DNA from: Takakia lepidozioides
Lineage: Eukaryota > Plantae > Bryophyta
Direction: 5' to 3'
Length of the DNA: 64,000 bases
Assembly: GCA_030704615.1 (NCBI GenBank)
Contig: CM060734.1
Span: forward strand, 6,696,001 to 6,760,000
Below the pieces are notes generated by a model. It searched no databases. It was given only the letters and a program-made list of their open reading frames with translations, and was not told where the DNA came from. Below, in pieces: positions 36,560 to 50,755 of the stretch. The translations under genes were made by a program, and so were the position numbers. How positions within the stretch are numbered: position 1 is the first letter of the stretch; each line of letters opens with the position of its first letter.

Positions 36560-37925
36560 TGTGAATTCAGGAGTACTATTGGGACACAGTTTGTGCCAGC
36601 AGGGACTTCTGGTTGACCCAAATAAGGTGGACAATATCAAGAAAATACCACCACTAGAGAATCCAAAGAAGCTAAAAAGGTTCCTTGGACAAACAAGCTT
36701 TTACAGACGGTACATGAACAAGTACGCTCACAAAGCAGCACCAGTCTACAGACTGCTAAAGAAAGATGTTAAACACCACTGGTCTCCAGCTTGTCAGGAA
36801 TCGTTTGATTCTTTGAAGGAAGCACTCATAACTGCACCAATCTTGATCAATCCAAGATGGGATCTACCATTCTATGTGCACAGTGATGCATCAGACATCG
36901 CCATTGGAGCAGTTCTGGCTCAAAATGTGACAGACACAATAGATTCTCCAATCTATTATGCAAGCAGGCTACTGACATATGCTGAAAAGAACTATAGCAC
37001 CACAGAGAGAGAAGCATTGGCGATGATTTATGCTATTCAAAATTTTCGGCATTATTTACTTGGCAATGCTTTAAATTTATTGTTGATCATCAGGCTTTGG
37101 TTCATTTGGCAAATCAACCACTAGCTAGTGGCAGGGTAGCTCGATGGTTATTACTACTTCATGAATATGAATTTGAAGTGGATGTTACGGCAAATCATCT
37201 GTCAAGAATTACTACATGAGAACCAGCAATAGGAGTGGAAGATCAACTTCCAGATGCATTCTTGTTTGCGGTTCAACCCAAAGCACAAGAAGACGAGTCA
37301 GATCCTTTGGACGCTCTGGGAGTGTTCCAGGAAGACTATGATCCTCTAGATTCTCTTCAATTACTTGATGAGGTAGATGAAGAAGAATCAGACACAGAAG
37401 AAGATGACAAAAAAAATGATGAGTCAATCACTCAAGGATTGACCAACATCAAGATTGGGGCTTATGCAGTCACCAAAGAAGAACCAGAAAAACCACAGGA
37501 TCAAGATCTAGAAGATTGGCAATGGCCAATCAAGCACTATCTGAACACACGGCAGTTTCCTGAAGATTATACCAAAGATGACAGAAGAAAGCTTTCAATG
37601 AAAAGCAACCATACATAGTGATCAGAGGAGTCCTCTACAAACGAGGAATTGATTCCATCATGCGAATATGCGTGAACAAAGAACAAGCCAAGCATGTGAT
37701 GAAGGAATTACATGAAGGAATAGCAGGAGGGCACTTCACACCTTACATCCAAGAAGATATTACCGGTAGGGTACTGGTGGCCTACTATTTTCGGAGACAC
37801 TCATGAACACTGTCAACAGTGTGATGTCTGGCAAATGATGGGGCCAGTTGAAAGAACTGGAAATGGAACTATGCACCCATTACTACCAACAAAACCATTT
37901 CAACATTGGGGGCTAGATTTCGTGG
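36560..37925 (+). mobile_element. Gypsy pol fragment (RT C-terminus, RNase H, integrase N-terminus)
   Basis: RFLGQTSFYRR, VHSDASDIAIGAVL, NYSTTEREALA, ELHEGIAGGHF, WGLDF. Confidence 0.9.
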
Positions 37926-38549
37926 GGGGATGCTATTGTGTGAGCAGATCCCGTGAGCAGAAATCTGCTCACACTTGAGGACGTGCCTACCTATAACCAC
38001 TGACGTCTAGTCGACTTAGAAGACCTATTACTGCGCAGAGTGGCCTACTCACAAGCTCGGATATGGATGCTGCTTGGATGAATGAGGGATGAATGTCGGA
38101 TAAATGTCTGTATAACGAATGAGAGGTGGATGAATGAAATAAATGAAAGAATAGATAGTTGTTTTGTAGTGGTAGCTCCCAAAACCCCTGAGCTCTGAAA
38201 TCCATGAAACCATGCTTGTCTTGCTTGAAAATCAATTATGCCGGGTGCAATGTATATTGCAAACATTGAGTCCACATTGCTTTGTTGATTGAGAAGGACC
38301 ACATGTCATTTTCCCAGTTATACAAGGTTGATAGAGAGGCTCACGTCCAATCATAAAGAAGGCATACAAGTGAACTCGTGGTTTTTAAACAAACCCTTCA
38401 AAAGAATCGATTCATTCGGACAAAGAAAATCCACTGCTACAGGACGCACTGTTCAGAACGAAGGCAGAACTGTCCACAAAGACGCTAGCCCTGCTCTGCT
38501 GAAAACCATGTCTTTTGTGAAGTAGAGAAGGGGGAGATGCCAGCAGACT

Positions 38550-40360
38550 ATACTCCGTAGCCGCAGCCTCCACATAAGATGGCAAATGAAATTGTGCTAG
38601 AGGACTTGGGAAAAAAATCCAAGTTGGCAAAGAACGACAGAGACAGTGGCGTCCTGGGACTCCTGCAACCACACAACAATGAGTATACTTCGTAAATACT
38701 CTGGAAGCCAAACTTCAGCAACAAAAAGGAGCACCGAAAGGATGCGTCCTGGGGTCTATGAGGTACCACAAAAGGACATGCACATGCTCACATGAAAAAT
38801 CTGAATCCACATCCAGAGCATCCGGCTCTTACAGATCCTGCTCCTCCACAATCTTCTCAGTCTGGGTCGAATGCGAGGATCCCTCAGAGAGTGGAGCGAT
38901 GACCCAAGAGTAAGGCTCCTCGTCCCCCTCAAACCCAAAAAGATGTCTTTCTGCACACTTGCAGGCATGGAACGAAGCCCCTGCAGGATAGCGAATGAAA
39001 GCACGAAACCATGTCACAAGCCAAAACAGGAGAGGAACATGTGCAACGAAGAATTGAGAAGAGTTCAGGCATGCACCTGTGCCCATGGAGAGGTCAACCA
39101 TTTTGCCACCATGCCGGCTGCATGTCTCAATGAAGGTCTGCATGAACGTGGGCGACTTCTCCCGGGCACCTCTCCATGGAATGCCTCCAGCCTTTTTCAA
39201 AGTCTGGGACGCATCCACATAGTTGTGAACAACATCAGATTCGACTGGGTCGCATTCTGGGTCTATGTGCAGACCTCCTCCCCAAACGTCGAAATGCCCA
39301 ACATAATCTGGAGTGTTGGCAGGCCAAATTCATGATAGGCAAATCGCCTTGAACACATGGGTCTGCACCAGCACCAATGGAAATATGTCAACAACTATGG
39401 GTATTCCACGACAACAGGAATGAAGACAATGAAAGTCACAGGAAATACCTTCTGCCCTGGAAACTCCCCCTTCGACAGAGGCAGGGTATTAACACATGTC
39501 CATATTTTGTTGATTTGGAACCCAGAGGACTTCATGTAGCTATGAAGAATCCGGCGGGATGCCATGTCATCAGATTGAAATATCAGAAGGCCCCCTACGT
39601 CACAGAGGAACTTGTTGCTGAAAGAGAATGCCCACTGCCAATACAAAGGGTTATGAGCATTCCCCTGTGGAGTCACAGCAGGGGGAATGATATCAAGTAC
39701 AGGCTGCCCATCTGGGATGTCAAGGATCACAAGGTCAGTGGCGTAGGGCTGCTGGATACCATTCACCCAGCATGGATTCTTAGTCACCTGACAAAAGCAA
39801 ATGCAAGCGAATCAAATTGGATGGTTGGTGTTCATTCAGGGAACTGGCAGTAGAAAGATCTGCTGGATTAAAATGTCGTTGATCCACCACATCCGCACAA
39901 CCCACAATGTCATGAAATGGGAATCAGAGTTGAAAGATGCATGGGCCTTACCAGGGTGAGGAAAGAGCAGAGATGGTCCCCATGCAGGAAATTTGACCCC
40001 TGTGAATTTGACCCCGTTGCCTCTTCCTCCGCAGGAGCACCACTCTCCATTTCGCCTTCCTCCTCCTGTATCGCTTGCAACAGAGGCAGCTCCAACAGAT
40101 GCTCGAGCTGCTTGTCCAGAATGGGCTCCTTACCTGCCCGACTCTCCATCCCTTCGCCCACAGATCCCTCCCCCTCGTGGTCGCTCTCTCCCTCAGACAA
40201 TTCAACGCCCTCCTAGCTTTCTTCATCCTCTCTCTCGCTCTCAACCTCTGCCTAGCTGACGTGAAGTACAAAGATTGCCTTCTCCCTCTCTTCTTTGTGG
40301 AAACGCTCTCGTTCTTGGGAGGCTCTAGTGTGGCGAGTCTGAAATGACGAGCGCCAGACT
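38550..40360 (-). pseudogene. Beta-class amino DNA-methyltransferase-like gene, copy B
   Basis: TDLVILDIPDG, KFLCDVGGLLIF, INKIWTCVN, EKSPTFMQTFIETCSRHGGKMVDLSMGT|GASFHACKCAERHLFGFEGD; GT-AG intron 38981-39076 at the same position as in copy A. Confidence 0.8.
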
Positions 40361-41385
40361 GTAACCTCCGAAGACATCCCTCCGGTAAATGGCACATGTG
40401 GATGGCGGTTAGGTTTTCATCCCTCCCTCTCAACGAATGACAAATCAACAAAAAATGTAACGGCTCATAATTGGGATTTTTGTTTTGCGGCAGGGTGCTT
40501 GCGGGCTGTCTCACAGAGAACTCGACACCTATTGCCCGTACAAGACACTTAAATACAGGCATGCCACGCATCCATGTTTGACATAAGGGGTTCGACCCAC
40601 AGCGCAGTCACTTAGGATGTGGCATCAGCAAAGTCGGCCGCAATTCTCGTCTGTCAGAATCTTCTGTCCAACGGTCTGTGATCTGGCATCAATGGGATAG
40701 AATTCTCCAGCATCTGTCAGAGTCAAAGCCGGCTACTAAACACCATGCAAAGTAATAATTTGCCTCAGTACCTTGAGTCGGTGGATCCACTGAGACATTG
40801 TCAGGAAGTAGTTCTCATACTTCGGCCTTCCTGGTGTCCTCTTATCACCTACTCTCCACTACCCACACTCCCATGCTCGTGCGTGCAACGTCTCTCAACT
40901 CCGACGTGGCAATTTTCTACTCCAACGCGCAAGCGGAGTACCTAAGTGCCGTAGCCGACGAGAATGGGCTCGCCGTTGTTCAAGAAAACTTGCTTTGCGT
41001 AACCTTCCGCTTTGAGCCAGGGAGTGTACATGTGGTGAGAGAGGTGTATGACAAAGTGGGGAAGGTTGAGGGCATATGCGTTCAGAAACCACATTTGTCC
41101 GACAGTCGGCGAGAGTGGAGAGTTCCACTTGCAAAGTATCGCATTAATGGGGATCAAAGACGTCTGTCGGGAGGTTCCATAGTCACGCCCAAAACAACAG
41201 CTTCGATGGCTTAGGTCCCGAGAACTGTGGCCATCAAAAGAGAAGAAACCACCTCCACCACATTTGTTGAGATCTCCGATAGTTCAGAATTGGACGTGTC
41301 GGAGCTCCCCCCTCCTCCGAACCAACGTCTGCTGGAGGACCCTGATGTGCAAGAGATCGCAAGTGTCATCCCGAAGTTGTAGTCC

Positions 41386-42130
41386 TTGAGGGGGTTGCCA
41401 GGATGCAAGAGTGATGTGAGAGGTATTGACTGGGATACACAGCAGATCGTTAGAGCAAAATACCTACCCATTGAATTTAACGGTGATATCATTTTTGAGC
41501 TGCCACCACCGACATCCTCTAGGGGATTGGCAGGACGAATGTTTCCGTTGGACACCTCCGTTGTGCAAATGCTTCTTGCTAGCACTTCCAAATGGGCGGT
41601 TCAACAAACGAGACGGAATGGGAAGGTGTATGCGACAACCCTTTCAAAGTAGGTTGTGCTCCTGCAAGCAGCAGTACTCTCGTTTGCAAGTTTTGTAAAT
41701 TGGTCCCACAGTGCATCGCAGATTGCAATGCACGTATGTACTACGTGCTTCGCAGTTGCATTTACCTCACAAGGGCATGTATCCATTTCGGCATTCATGC
41801 ACATCCAGTGTCCCGAGGACAGTGCAGGGAGACTATTGATACAGTCCGTTTACTGCTTGAACATGAAATTCATAGTGCTCCTGGTGCATTGCCATCAGCC
41901 ATTGCTCTTGCAGCAAGCAAATGATTCCTGCAAAATTTGGGGAATCGCAGGAGTCCACCACAAAGTTTGACACTGCGTCCCTTGACGATGTTCTGGACCA
42001 TTTCTCAACATTGAGTTCTCCGAATGTGCGAAATCAAATCAACGTCCTAAGGGCGGGTGCTGCCAACACAGGCTTTCTGGATAGCATCCTGGAGTTGAAG
42101 CGTAAAAGCCGATATGACTTCATTCCCTAG
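41386..42130 (+). pseudogene. MULE-like transposase N-terminal part, copy B (truncated)
   Basis: KYLPIEFNGDIIFELPP and CKFC..CNARMYYV..ACIHFGIHAHP..ILELKRKSRYDF are homologous to 22484-23420. Confidence 0.78.
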
Positions 42131-42294
42131 TTATCATTCATGACGTGACGTGGCGCTGACACGTCGGACGTGCGTCACGTCACGTCGAAACCGGACGTTT
42201 TCCAATGTATTTTTTTTCATTTAACTTTTACGACTTACTTCTACCCTTTCTAATGACATGGCAGCCCGGTGTAAAACATTTTTGAATTATTTTG

Positions 42295-43630
42295 ATAATG
42301 CGCGACCGCCAATATTGACGGTCGCTACAATTCTTTTTTTAAATAAAAATAAAGCGACCGCCGTTTCTTTTTAATTTAAAAAAAAAGACGCATATGTCCA
42401 TTAAGCGGCCGCCGCTTGTTTTTCTTTTCTAAAGAAAATGAAACGACCGCCAAAATGGGCAGTCAAAGCTTTTTTTTTTTTTAAAAATGAAGCAACCGCC
42501 AGATTGGCAGTCGTTGATTGTTTTTATTTTTGAAAAAAAAGAAGCGACCGCAAATTGGCGGTCGCTCGTTTTTTTCTTATTTAAAAAAAATAAGCAACCG
42601 CCAATATGGCGGTCGATCGTTTTTTTCTTATTTTAAAAAATTAAGCGTCCGCATATCAAGCGACCACCAATATGGCGGTCGCTCCATATTAAGAAAACCA
42701 TTCCAAAAATTAAATTAAATTAAAATTGAATTGATTTTTATAAAAAAACAAAAACTGGAAGCGACCGCAACCGGAAGCGACTTAATTGTATTTTTAAAGG
42801 GAGAAAAAAACGACCGCCAAACTGGCGGTCGCTGGATTTTTTTAATTTAAAAATATATATGCAACTGGCAAACTGGCGGTCGCAGGTTTTTTTTAATTAA
42901 AAAACTTAAGTGACCGCCAAACTGGCGGTCGGTGATTTTTAAAATTTTAAAAACTGGCAATCACTTCAAATTTAAAGAAAAAATAGAGTAAAGCTTTTTC
43001 TTTTAAAACAATTAAGCCACCGGAAAATTGGCTGTCGATTTTAAAATGAAGCGACCGCCTAATTGGCAGTTGCTGTTTTATTTATTTTAAAAAATGAAGG
43101 CAGTAGCCCTTGTGGTGAAGAGACACCATAAGTTAAGCTCCCTTCGGGAGGCGTCATACTTTTAAAAAATGAAGCGACCACCAAATTGGCGGTCGTTATA
43201 TTCTTTATTTTAAGAAATTAAGCGACCCCAAATTGGCGGTGGCTTCTTTGTTTTCTTTTAAGAAATTAAGTGACCGCCAATATAGTGGTCACTTCATATT
43301 TTTTTAAGAAAATAATGCGGCCACCAAATTGGCAGTCGTTGTTTTTTTTCAAAAGAAAAATTGAGCGACTGTAAAATTGGCGGTTTTTTTTAAAATTTTA
43401 AATATGAAGCGACCGCCATATTGGCGGTCGTATTATATTTTTAGAAAAAAGAAAATAAAGAGACCACCAATATGGTGGTCGCGTCATATTTTTAGAAAAT
43501 AAGAAAATAAAGCGATCGCCAATTGTGGCGGTCGCTGTTTATTCTTAATTTTTAAGCGACTGCCAACAGTGGCGGTCGCTGTGTTTTTTAATTTTCAGAA
43601 ATTAAACGACCGCCACTAATGGCGGTCGCT
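42295..43630. repeat. Array of hairpins GCGACCGCCA-N2-TGGCGGTCGC in A/T-rich spacers (left)
   Basis: More than 20 degenerate copies directly visible. Confidence 0.92.
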
Positions 43631-44309
43631 GCTTATTCTTATTCTTGCCTATGAGTAAATCAGGAGGAGGGGCAAGGGCAGGGGAGTGGGTTTGAACCCC
43701 GCACCTGTCGAGAGGGGCCTCGCCACGTGGCGCGGCGTCACTCTCACAAACAATAGGTTGACACGGAAGGGGGGGGTTGACAACGAGTTTGAACCCTCGA
43801 CCTCTCGACACACGGGAAAACAAGACGTCTCTCTAAACAATGGATTCAAAGCCTGAGCGTTCTGCACCCAGCTCTGTTGGAGCACTCAAAGCATCCCGGC
43901 CCGCTATTAGCCACGAAAACGACAGAATATGGTGTCAATGAGAAAAACCACAAAAATGGAGTCCCACTGGGGCACGCTAAAACCCTCGCTTAGGTTGAGG
44001 GCACGACAAATTTCATGAGGGCCCTGAATCTTGACGTGTTCTTCTAGGCCCACTATCTCCCACATAACACAAAGTCAAACACACGTCGAGTCAAGCGAGC
44101 TTGAGCGAGCATCCCACACGTGAGAGCTGGGCGAGCGAGAGGTTTGGCGGGCGCGCTAGTGTGCCACTGGTGGGGAGCATTCCGCGTGCAGGCCCGCCAT
44201 CTTCTGGCGGGCTCTGCACATACCTTGATAAATGGCAATTGATGTACCCATATAGTGTGCCACCGGTGGGGAAGCTCTTATGGGCCTATCGCGATTTGTT
44301 TCCACGGTG

Positions 44310-47300
44310 AACAAACCGTTCCCCATCCAAACGATTTTATGTTGTTTTCAAAGTTTGGTACCATCATCCACGTTCTACATACCATATGACAGGTCCTGGA
44401 TAAGTACGAGGTCAATGGGGTTCAAGTGGCAAACGAATAATTCCTCATCCAAATGATTTTGGTTTGTTTTCAAACTTCGCTAGTATGTTCTACATACCAT
44501 GTGACAAGTCTTGGACAAATATGGCATGAATCAAAATTGATTCAAAGGGCGAACAAATGGTTGTGTATCCAAATGCATTTTACTTGTTTTCAAACTTTGG
44601 ACAAATATGGCGTGAATCAAAATTGATTGAAAAGGCGAACAAATGGTTTCCCATCCAAATGATTTTTTTGTTTGTTTCCAAACTTTGCCAGCATGTTGAA
44701 TATACCAGGTGCTAGATCTTGGACAAGTATAGCAAAAATTGAAATTGATTAAAAGGGCAAACCATTGGTTCCCCATCAAAATGATTTTTGTTTCTTTTCA
44801 AAGTTTGCTAGCATATTCTACATACCCTCAAACAAGTCCCGGACAAGTATGGGATCAATCAAAATTCAGTTAAAGGGCGAACAAATGGTTCTCCATCCAA
44901 ATGATTTCTGTTTCTTTTCAATGTTTGCCAGCACGTTCTACATACCCTCAAACAGGTCCAGGACAAGTATGGGATCAATCGAACTTCATTAAAATGGCGA
45001 ATGTATGAATCCCATCCAAATGATTTTTGGTTCTTTTCAAACTTTGCCAGCGCACACATACCATCCGACAAGCCCTTGACTAATATGAGTTCAATCGAAA
45101 TTGATTCAAACGGCCAACGAATGGTTGCCCAGCCAAATGATTTGTGTTTCATTTCAAACTTTGCCAGTATATTCTACACACCATTCGACAGGTCATGGAC
45201 TAATATGAGATGAATCGAAATTGATTGAAAGGGCCAACGAATGGTTGCCCAGCCAAATGATTTTTGTTTGTTTTCAAACTTTGCCAGTATGTTCAAAAAG
45301 CAAGGCACACATAGAAGGAGCTTCAGCGGGTGGTGTTGAGGTGTATCAAATCGTTGCCCATCCAAATGATTTTTGTATGCTTTGAAACTTTGCCAGTATG
45401 TTTTACATATCATCCGAAAGTCCTGGACAAATATGAGATCAAACGATCTATTCAATGGGTGATCAAATGGTTGACCATCCAAATGATTTTTATTCCCTTA
45501 AAACTTTGTCAGTATGTTCAACATACCATGTGATAGGTGTTGGACAAATATGAGATCAATCGAAAATCATTCAAAAGATGATCGAATGGCTATCTAGTAT
45601 CTATCCAATTGATTTTTTATTGCTTTGAAACTTTCCGAATATGTTCAACATACCATCGTCTCTTATTTACCAGATGATTTTGGTTTGCTTTCAAACTTTG
45701 CCTGTATGTTCAACATACCATAAGACGGGTCCCAGTGTAATATGAGATGAAACAAAATTTGTTCGATGGGCCAACGGATGGATGCCCATCCAAATGATTT
45801 TTGTTCGTTTCGAAACTTCCGTAACGTCTTCAGTATACCGTCTCACAGGTCCTTGAGTAATATGAGATGAAACAAAATTCGTTCAATGGGCCAACGGCGC
45901 GTTCACGTGTCATGCAGTTTTGCTCATTACGAAAAATAAATCCTCTCATGGGTGAACGGCTATTGCACCCATTAAACGGATGTGGTTCACCCTCAACTAT
46001 ATACCACATGTGCTTGAATATGTGTGTAACACATGCGCAAAGATTCAACAGAAAAAAGAAAACATTTGCCTCCCCAACAGCACAGTCTCCTTTCAACCAA
46101 TTTTGAATTAAATCGGTTATAATGAATTTTAATTCAAAAATTAGATTTAGAATGTCTACGATTGCAGGTTTCTGCTACGCAATGATTTTATTTCTGGGTC
46201 ATTTTTGTAATATAAGATCAAACGAAATTCATTCGGTGGGCCAACGGATGGTTGCCCATCCAAATGATTTTTGTTTGTTTTGAAACTTTGGCTGTATGTC
46301 CAATGCACTGTCTCACAGCTCCCGGACTAATATGAGATCAATCGAAATTCATTCAATGGCCCAACGGATGGTTGCCCATCCAAATGATTGTTGTTTACTT
46401 TGAAACTTTGGCAGGATGTTCAGTATACCATCCAATAGGTCCCAAAGTAATATGAGATCAAACGGAATTAGTTCAATGGGTCAACGGATGGTTGCCCATC
46501 CAAATGATTTTTGTTTGATTTGAAACTTTGGCAGTATGTCCAGTATCTCGTCTCACAGGTCCCGGACTGATACTAGGTTTTCAATTCATTCAATTGACCA
46601 AGGACGCCTTCACCTGTCATCCAATTATGTTCATATGGAATAAAAAATCCTCTCATGGGTGAACGGCTATCGCACCCATTGAACGGATGTGGTTCAAGCT
46701 CAATTTTAGCCTGCATGTGCTTGAATGTGTGTGCAACACATGTGCAGAGATTCAATAGAAAAATAAACATGTCCCTCCCCAACGATACTCTCACCATTCA
46801 ACCAATTTTGAATTAAATCGAATTCAAATGAATTTTAAGTAAATAATTAGACTAGGAATGTCTATGATTGCGGGTTTCTACTACGTAATGATTTTTTTTT
46901 TTGGCTCAATTTTATTCTGTGAATTCAACTCTCGCACCACTACATCTCTGTAAAAAATTGGACAAACAAAAATGAGAAAACAAAAAAAAAAAAATTCTTT
47001 GCTCACTATTGCAGAACTCTCTATGAAGAGTACATGAAGTTGAAGACAAATGGACTTTGGAGTGCAAATGAGGGAAGAAAATGTGGTTTTGGGTCCAAAT
47101 GACTTTTGTTCACTCCCAGATTTTGCACGCACATTGCATATGCAGTTGTTAAGCATATGGTTTAAGAATGGAATTAAAAAAAAATCATGTGCAGATGAAA
47201 CGCAGTCCAGTAGGTCCCACAGTAATACGAGATCAAACGAAATTCATTCGATGGGCCAACGGATGGTTGCCCATTCAAATGATTTTGAAACTTTGGCAGT

Positions 47301-47330
47301 ATGTCCAGTACACTATCTCACAAGTCCTCT
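44310..47330. repeat. ~120-bp tandem satellite (cccatccaaatgattttt..aaactttgccag..), interrupted by two copies of a ~0.3-kb unit
   Basis: Periodic motif at 44323, 44445, 44650, 44892, 45011, 46255, 46375, 46495 and others; 45900-46190 resembles 46605-46900. Confidence 0.9.
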
Positions 47331-47689
47331 CCCAGTCAGATGTGACTCATAAATATTGGGATGATCTACTATTGTATTCCGGTTTGCGGCATGTATATTA
47401 TACATTCATCTGCCTGCATCCCACAACGAGTTTTTGCCCCAATGCACACAATTGAGAAATGTAAATGGTAACCCATCTAATGGGAGATTGTGCCAATATA
47501 CAGATAACCTATCGGCATAAGATCCTCCAAGCCCCCCAGTTATCAGCGTCACGTCCGTCCGTTAACGTCAGTTACGTTAGGTTTGGAGAATATTCTGGTA
47601 AAAATAGTACTAGGTAAAATACTGTCACTTAAGCAGCCACGTCGCCGACACGGTGGCGGTGACAAATACATTTTGAAAATTAACAAAAT

Positions 47690-48530
47690 AAACGCGACCG
47701 CCAATTATGGCGGTCGCACTGGCAGTCGCTTTATTTTCTAATTAAAAAAAGAAATAGCGACCGCTATCTTGGCGGTCGCTTCAATTTATTTTTAAAAAGA
47801 AACAAGATTGGCGGTCGCCTAATTTAAAAAAGAAAACAAGAGACTGTCGTATTGGCGGTCGTACAATTTTGTAAATATGTACAGAACAAGCGACTGTCAT
47901 ATGGCGGTCGGATAATTTCAAAAATATATACAAAAAAACAGCGACCGCCACTGGGCGGTCGCTTAATTTAAAAAATACATAGAAAAACAAACGACCGCCA
48001 TATGGCGGTCGGTAAATTTAAAATTATATAAATAAAACAAGCGACATATAAAAATAAAAGCGACCGCCACACTGGTGGTCGCTTGTTTTAAAACAATACA
48101 ATATTTGCGACCACCAAACCGGCGGTCGCGTCAATTTTAAATATATATTAAGTTTAAGCGACCGCCAGCCTGGAGGTTGTTTAAACTTAAAATATAAAGA
48201 TTAAAAGCGACCGCCTTATTGGCGGTCGTGTTTTAAAAAAAATATTAAAAATAAAAGCGAGTCGCGACCACCATATTGGCGGTCGCTTTATTTTAAATAT
48301 GTTAACAAATGAAGCGACCGCCATACCGGCAGTCGCATTATATTTTGAAATAAAAAATAATAGCGACCGCCATACGGGCGGTCGCTTAAATTTAAAAATA
48401 CACAAAATAGAAATGACCGCAATATTGCACAAAATGAAAGGAAATAAAAACAACCGCAGTAGTGGCGGTCGCTTGTTTTTCATAAAAAAATAGAAATAAC
48501 GACCGTAGTATTAGCGGTCGCTTAATTTCA
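47690..48530. repeat. Array of GCGACCGCC..GGCGGTCGC hairpins (right)
   Basis: Same motif as 42295-43630. Confidence 0.92.
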
Positions 48531-48949
48531 AAATTATAACAAATATGGTTGTACAGCCTTTTTCGGGTGGGCGCTATTGGTTCGTCATTTATTCATTTCA
48601 CTTTCATTTCACTTTCATCTTTCTTGGATCATATATAAGGGAGGAGGGTCACCAAGCTCCTCACTTCTTTTGGCGCAAACACTTGAGGTTGCTTTGGATG
48701 TTCTCTTCCATTGAATGAGAGTGTAGTCCAAAAGAAGGGTGCGCACCTTTTACCATTGTGGCTTCCACCAAAGCCACTTCAGCAGATTGTGTATAAGTTC
48801 AACACTACAACCCACATCGACCCACTTGGGTTGCTGACAGGTGTAGAAGTGTTGGGTTATCGCATTGCACTCTACATTCACAACACGTTCATTTATAGGT
48901 GATTGTTTTTTGTTGCTTACATCGTTAAGGCCCAGGGGAGTGGATATTG

Positions 48950-50515
48950 GGTGAAGATGAGAGAGGAATGGAGCCCTTGGTATACGACAATCCCGAACAC
49001 TAAAAGTGCCACTAGTAGTGTTGAGTACAATCTATGTGGATTAAAGCTTTCTTATCGTAAGGATCGGTTGTTCGCTCACCTCGGCTATAAAGGTGTGAAG
49101 AGCGCTGGGGTGGATTTATGCCCTAAAGCATCTATGCGGGTAAAAAGCCATTTTGCCCAGTGTGGAGGCAATATTCCAATGTCTTTGGATCTGGACACGA
49201 TCTCTGAGCAGAACACTCCATCTTTCCGTCAGAATGCCCCGATTAGTACCCAGGGCGACTCTTGTGAGGCTTCGGGTGTCCTTGGACAAGTGGGTTGTGC
49301 CGGAGTAACACCTGCTTCAACACCTCTTTGTACCCCTACACTTCAACGGAGTAGAGAATTACGGCAACAATCCATGCATGAAGGTCTTAACTTGTTTGCG
49401 AAAAGACAGTTGGATAAAAAATGGACGCAGTTTTTCTTCGAGGCCAACATACCATTTAATGTGGCAAGGCCTGCATTTATTTCTGCCATTAGAGCAACCT
49501 CGGAGTCCAGATCCACGTACGTGCCTCCGACTTATCACAATCTCCGCACATGATTGCTAGAAGACGTCATGACCGAGCTTACCCAAAAGGTCAACGATAG
49601 GACGGGCGAGTGCATCAGAAAATATGGAAGCACTATATATGCCAATGGTTGGAGTTCTGTTACAAACAGACCGTTGTTTAATGTCATGTTCGTATGTCCA
49701 GCTGGGGAATAATTCTTGGGATCGGTCGACACTAGCGGCGAGAAGAAAGATGGACGTTATCAATGCCAACTATTGACGGACTTCATTGAACAGGTCGGAA
49801 GTGATAGAATCGTGCAAATATGCACAGACAATGCCGCTAACATGAGAAACACTGCAGACATGTTGTTGGCACGTTATCTCCATATGTACTATCAAGGTTG
49901 TGTTGCTCATATCCTTGACCTCCTTTTGGAAGATTGGGGAAAGAACAATGGGTGAAACAACTTATCAAGCGAGCGAAGACTGTTGTGTCGTTCATCCGCA
50001 CACACCACATCCCTTTGGCAATATATAAGAGGCACGAACCCAAATACAGCCTCCGCAATCCAGGCGAAACTCATTTTGTCACTAACTTCTTGATGGTGTA
50101 TCGGTTGGTGACGGTGAAGAGCAGTCTGGAGCACACCATCATCGATCCTCAATGGGATGCGTACACACGGACATTGTGGGACTCCAGAAAAGCCAAGTCA
50201 TTGGGCAAAAGTCGAAAAGTTCGAAATAGTATTCGCAGCGATGATTTCTGGAAGAAATGTGAAAACTTTGTTTATATGGTAGAACCGGTGTTAATCGTCT
50301 TGCGGGAGTTTGATGGAAAACAACCAGTAATGGGCAAGGCATGAATACTAATGCAAAATCTTGATAAGTACGTCCAATCCTTGAGGCATCATCTCTTCTC
50401 CTTAGAACCTGAACTTGCGGACAATGCTGATGATGCATTTTACGACCGTCGTTCGATGGTTCGAACGGACTTGCATTATACGGGGGCTTTGCTCAATCCA
50501 TTCTTGCTCGACAAG
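48950..50515 (+). pseudogene. hAT-superfamily transposase (BED finger plus DUF659-type core), truncated
   Basis: FFFEANIPFNVA, YVPPTYHNLRT, GWS..NRPLFNVM, VQICTDNAANM, CVAHILDLLLEDWGK, ETHFVTNFLM. Confidence 0.9.
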
Positions 50516-50755
50516 GTTGGGTTGCTTCTCTCCCCCAGAGAAGGTTTCATCCAACTCCCACCAGATGGAAATAGGGCGCTGCATTTCCATCCCGGGGGCT
50601 CGCGTTTGGCTATCATCCTCCCCCCAGACAATATATAGTTCAGTCCTTGTCCCCCTATGACCGTGGAACCCTATACCCTATTCCCGTGGACAATCATTTG
50701 TGAAAAAAATTCCTGCTCATGATTTTTTCGGCAGTTACAAGTCTGCTCATGGCTC

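Noticed and set aside
42295-48530. CRISPR or bacterial REP/terminator arrays
   Set aside because: Spacers are low-complexity A/T runs and the repeats are degenerate; typical of transposon subterminal repeats.
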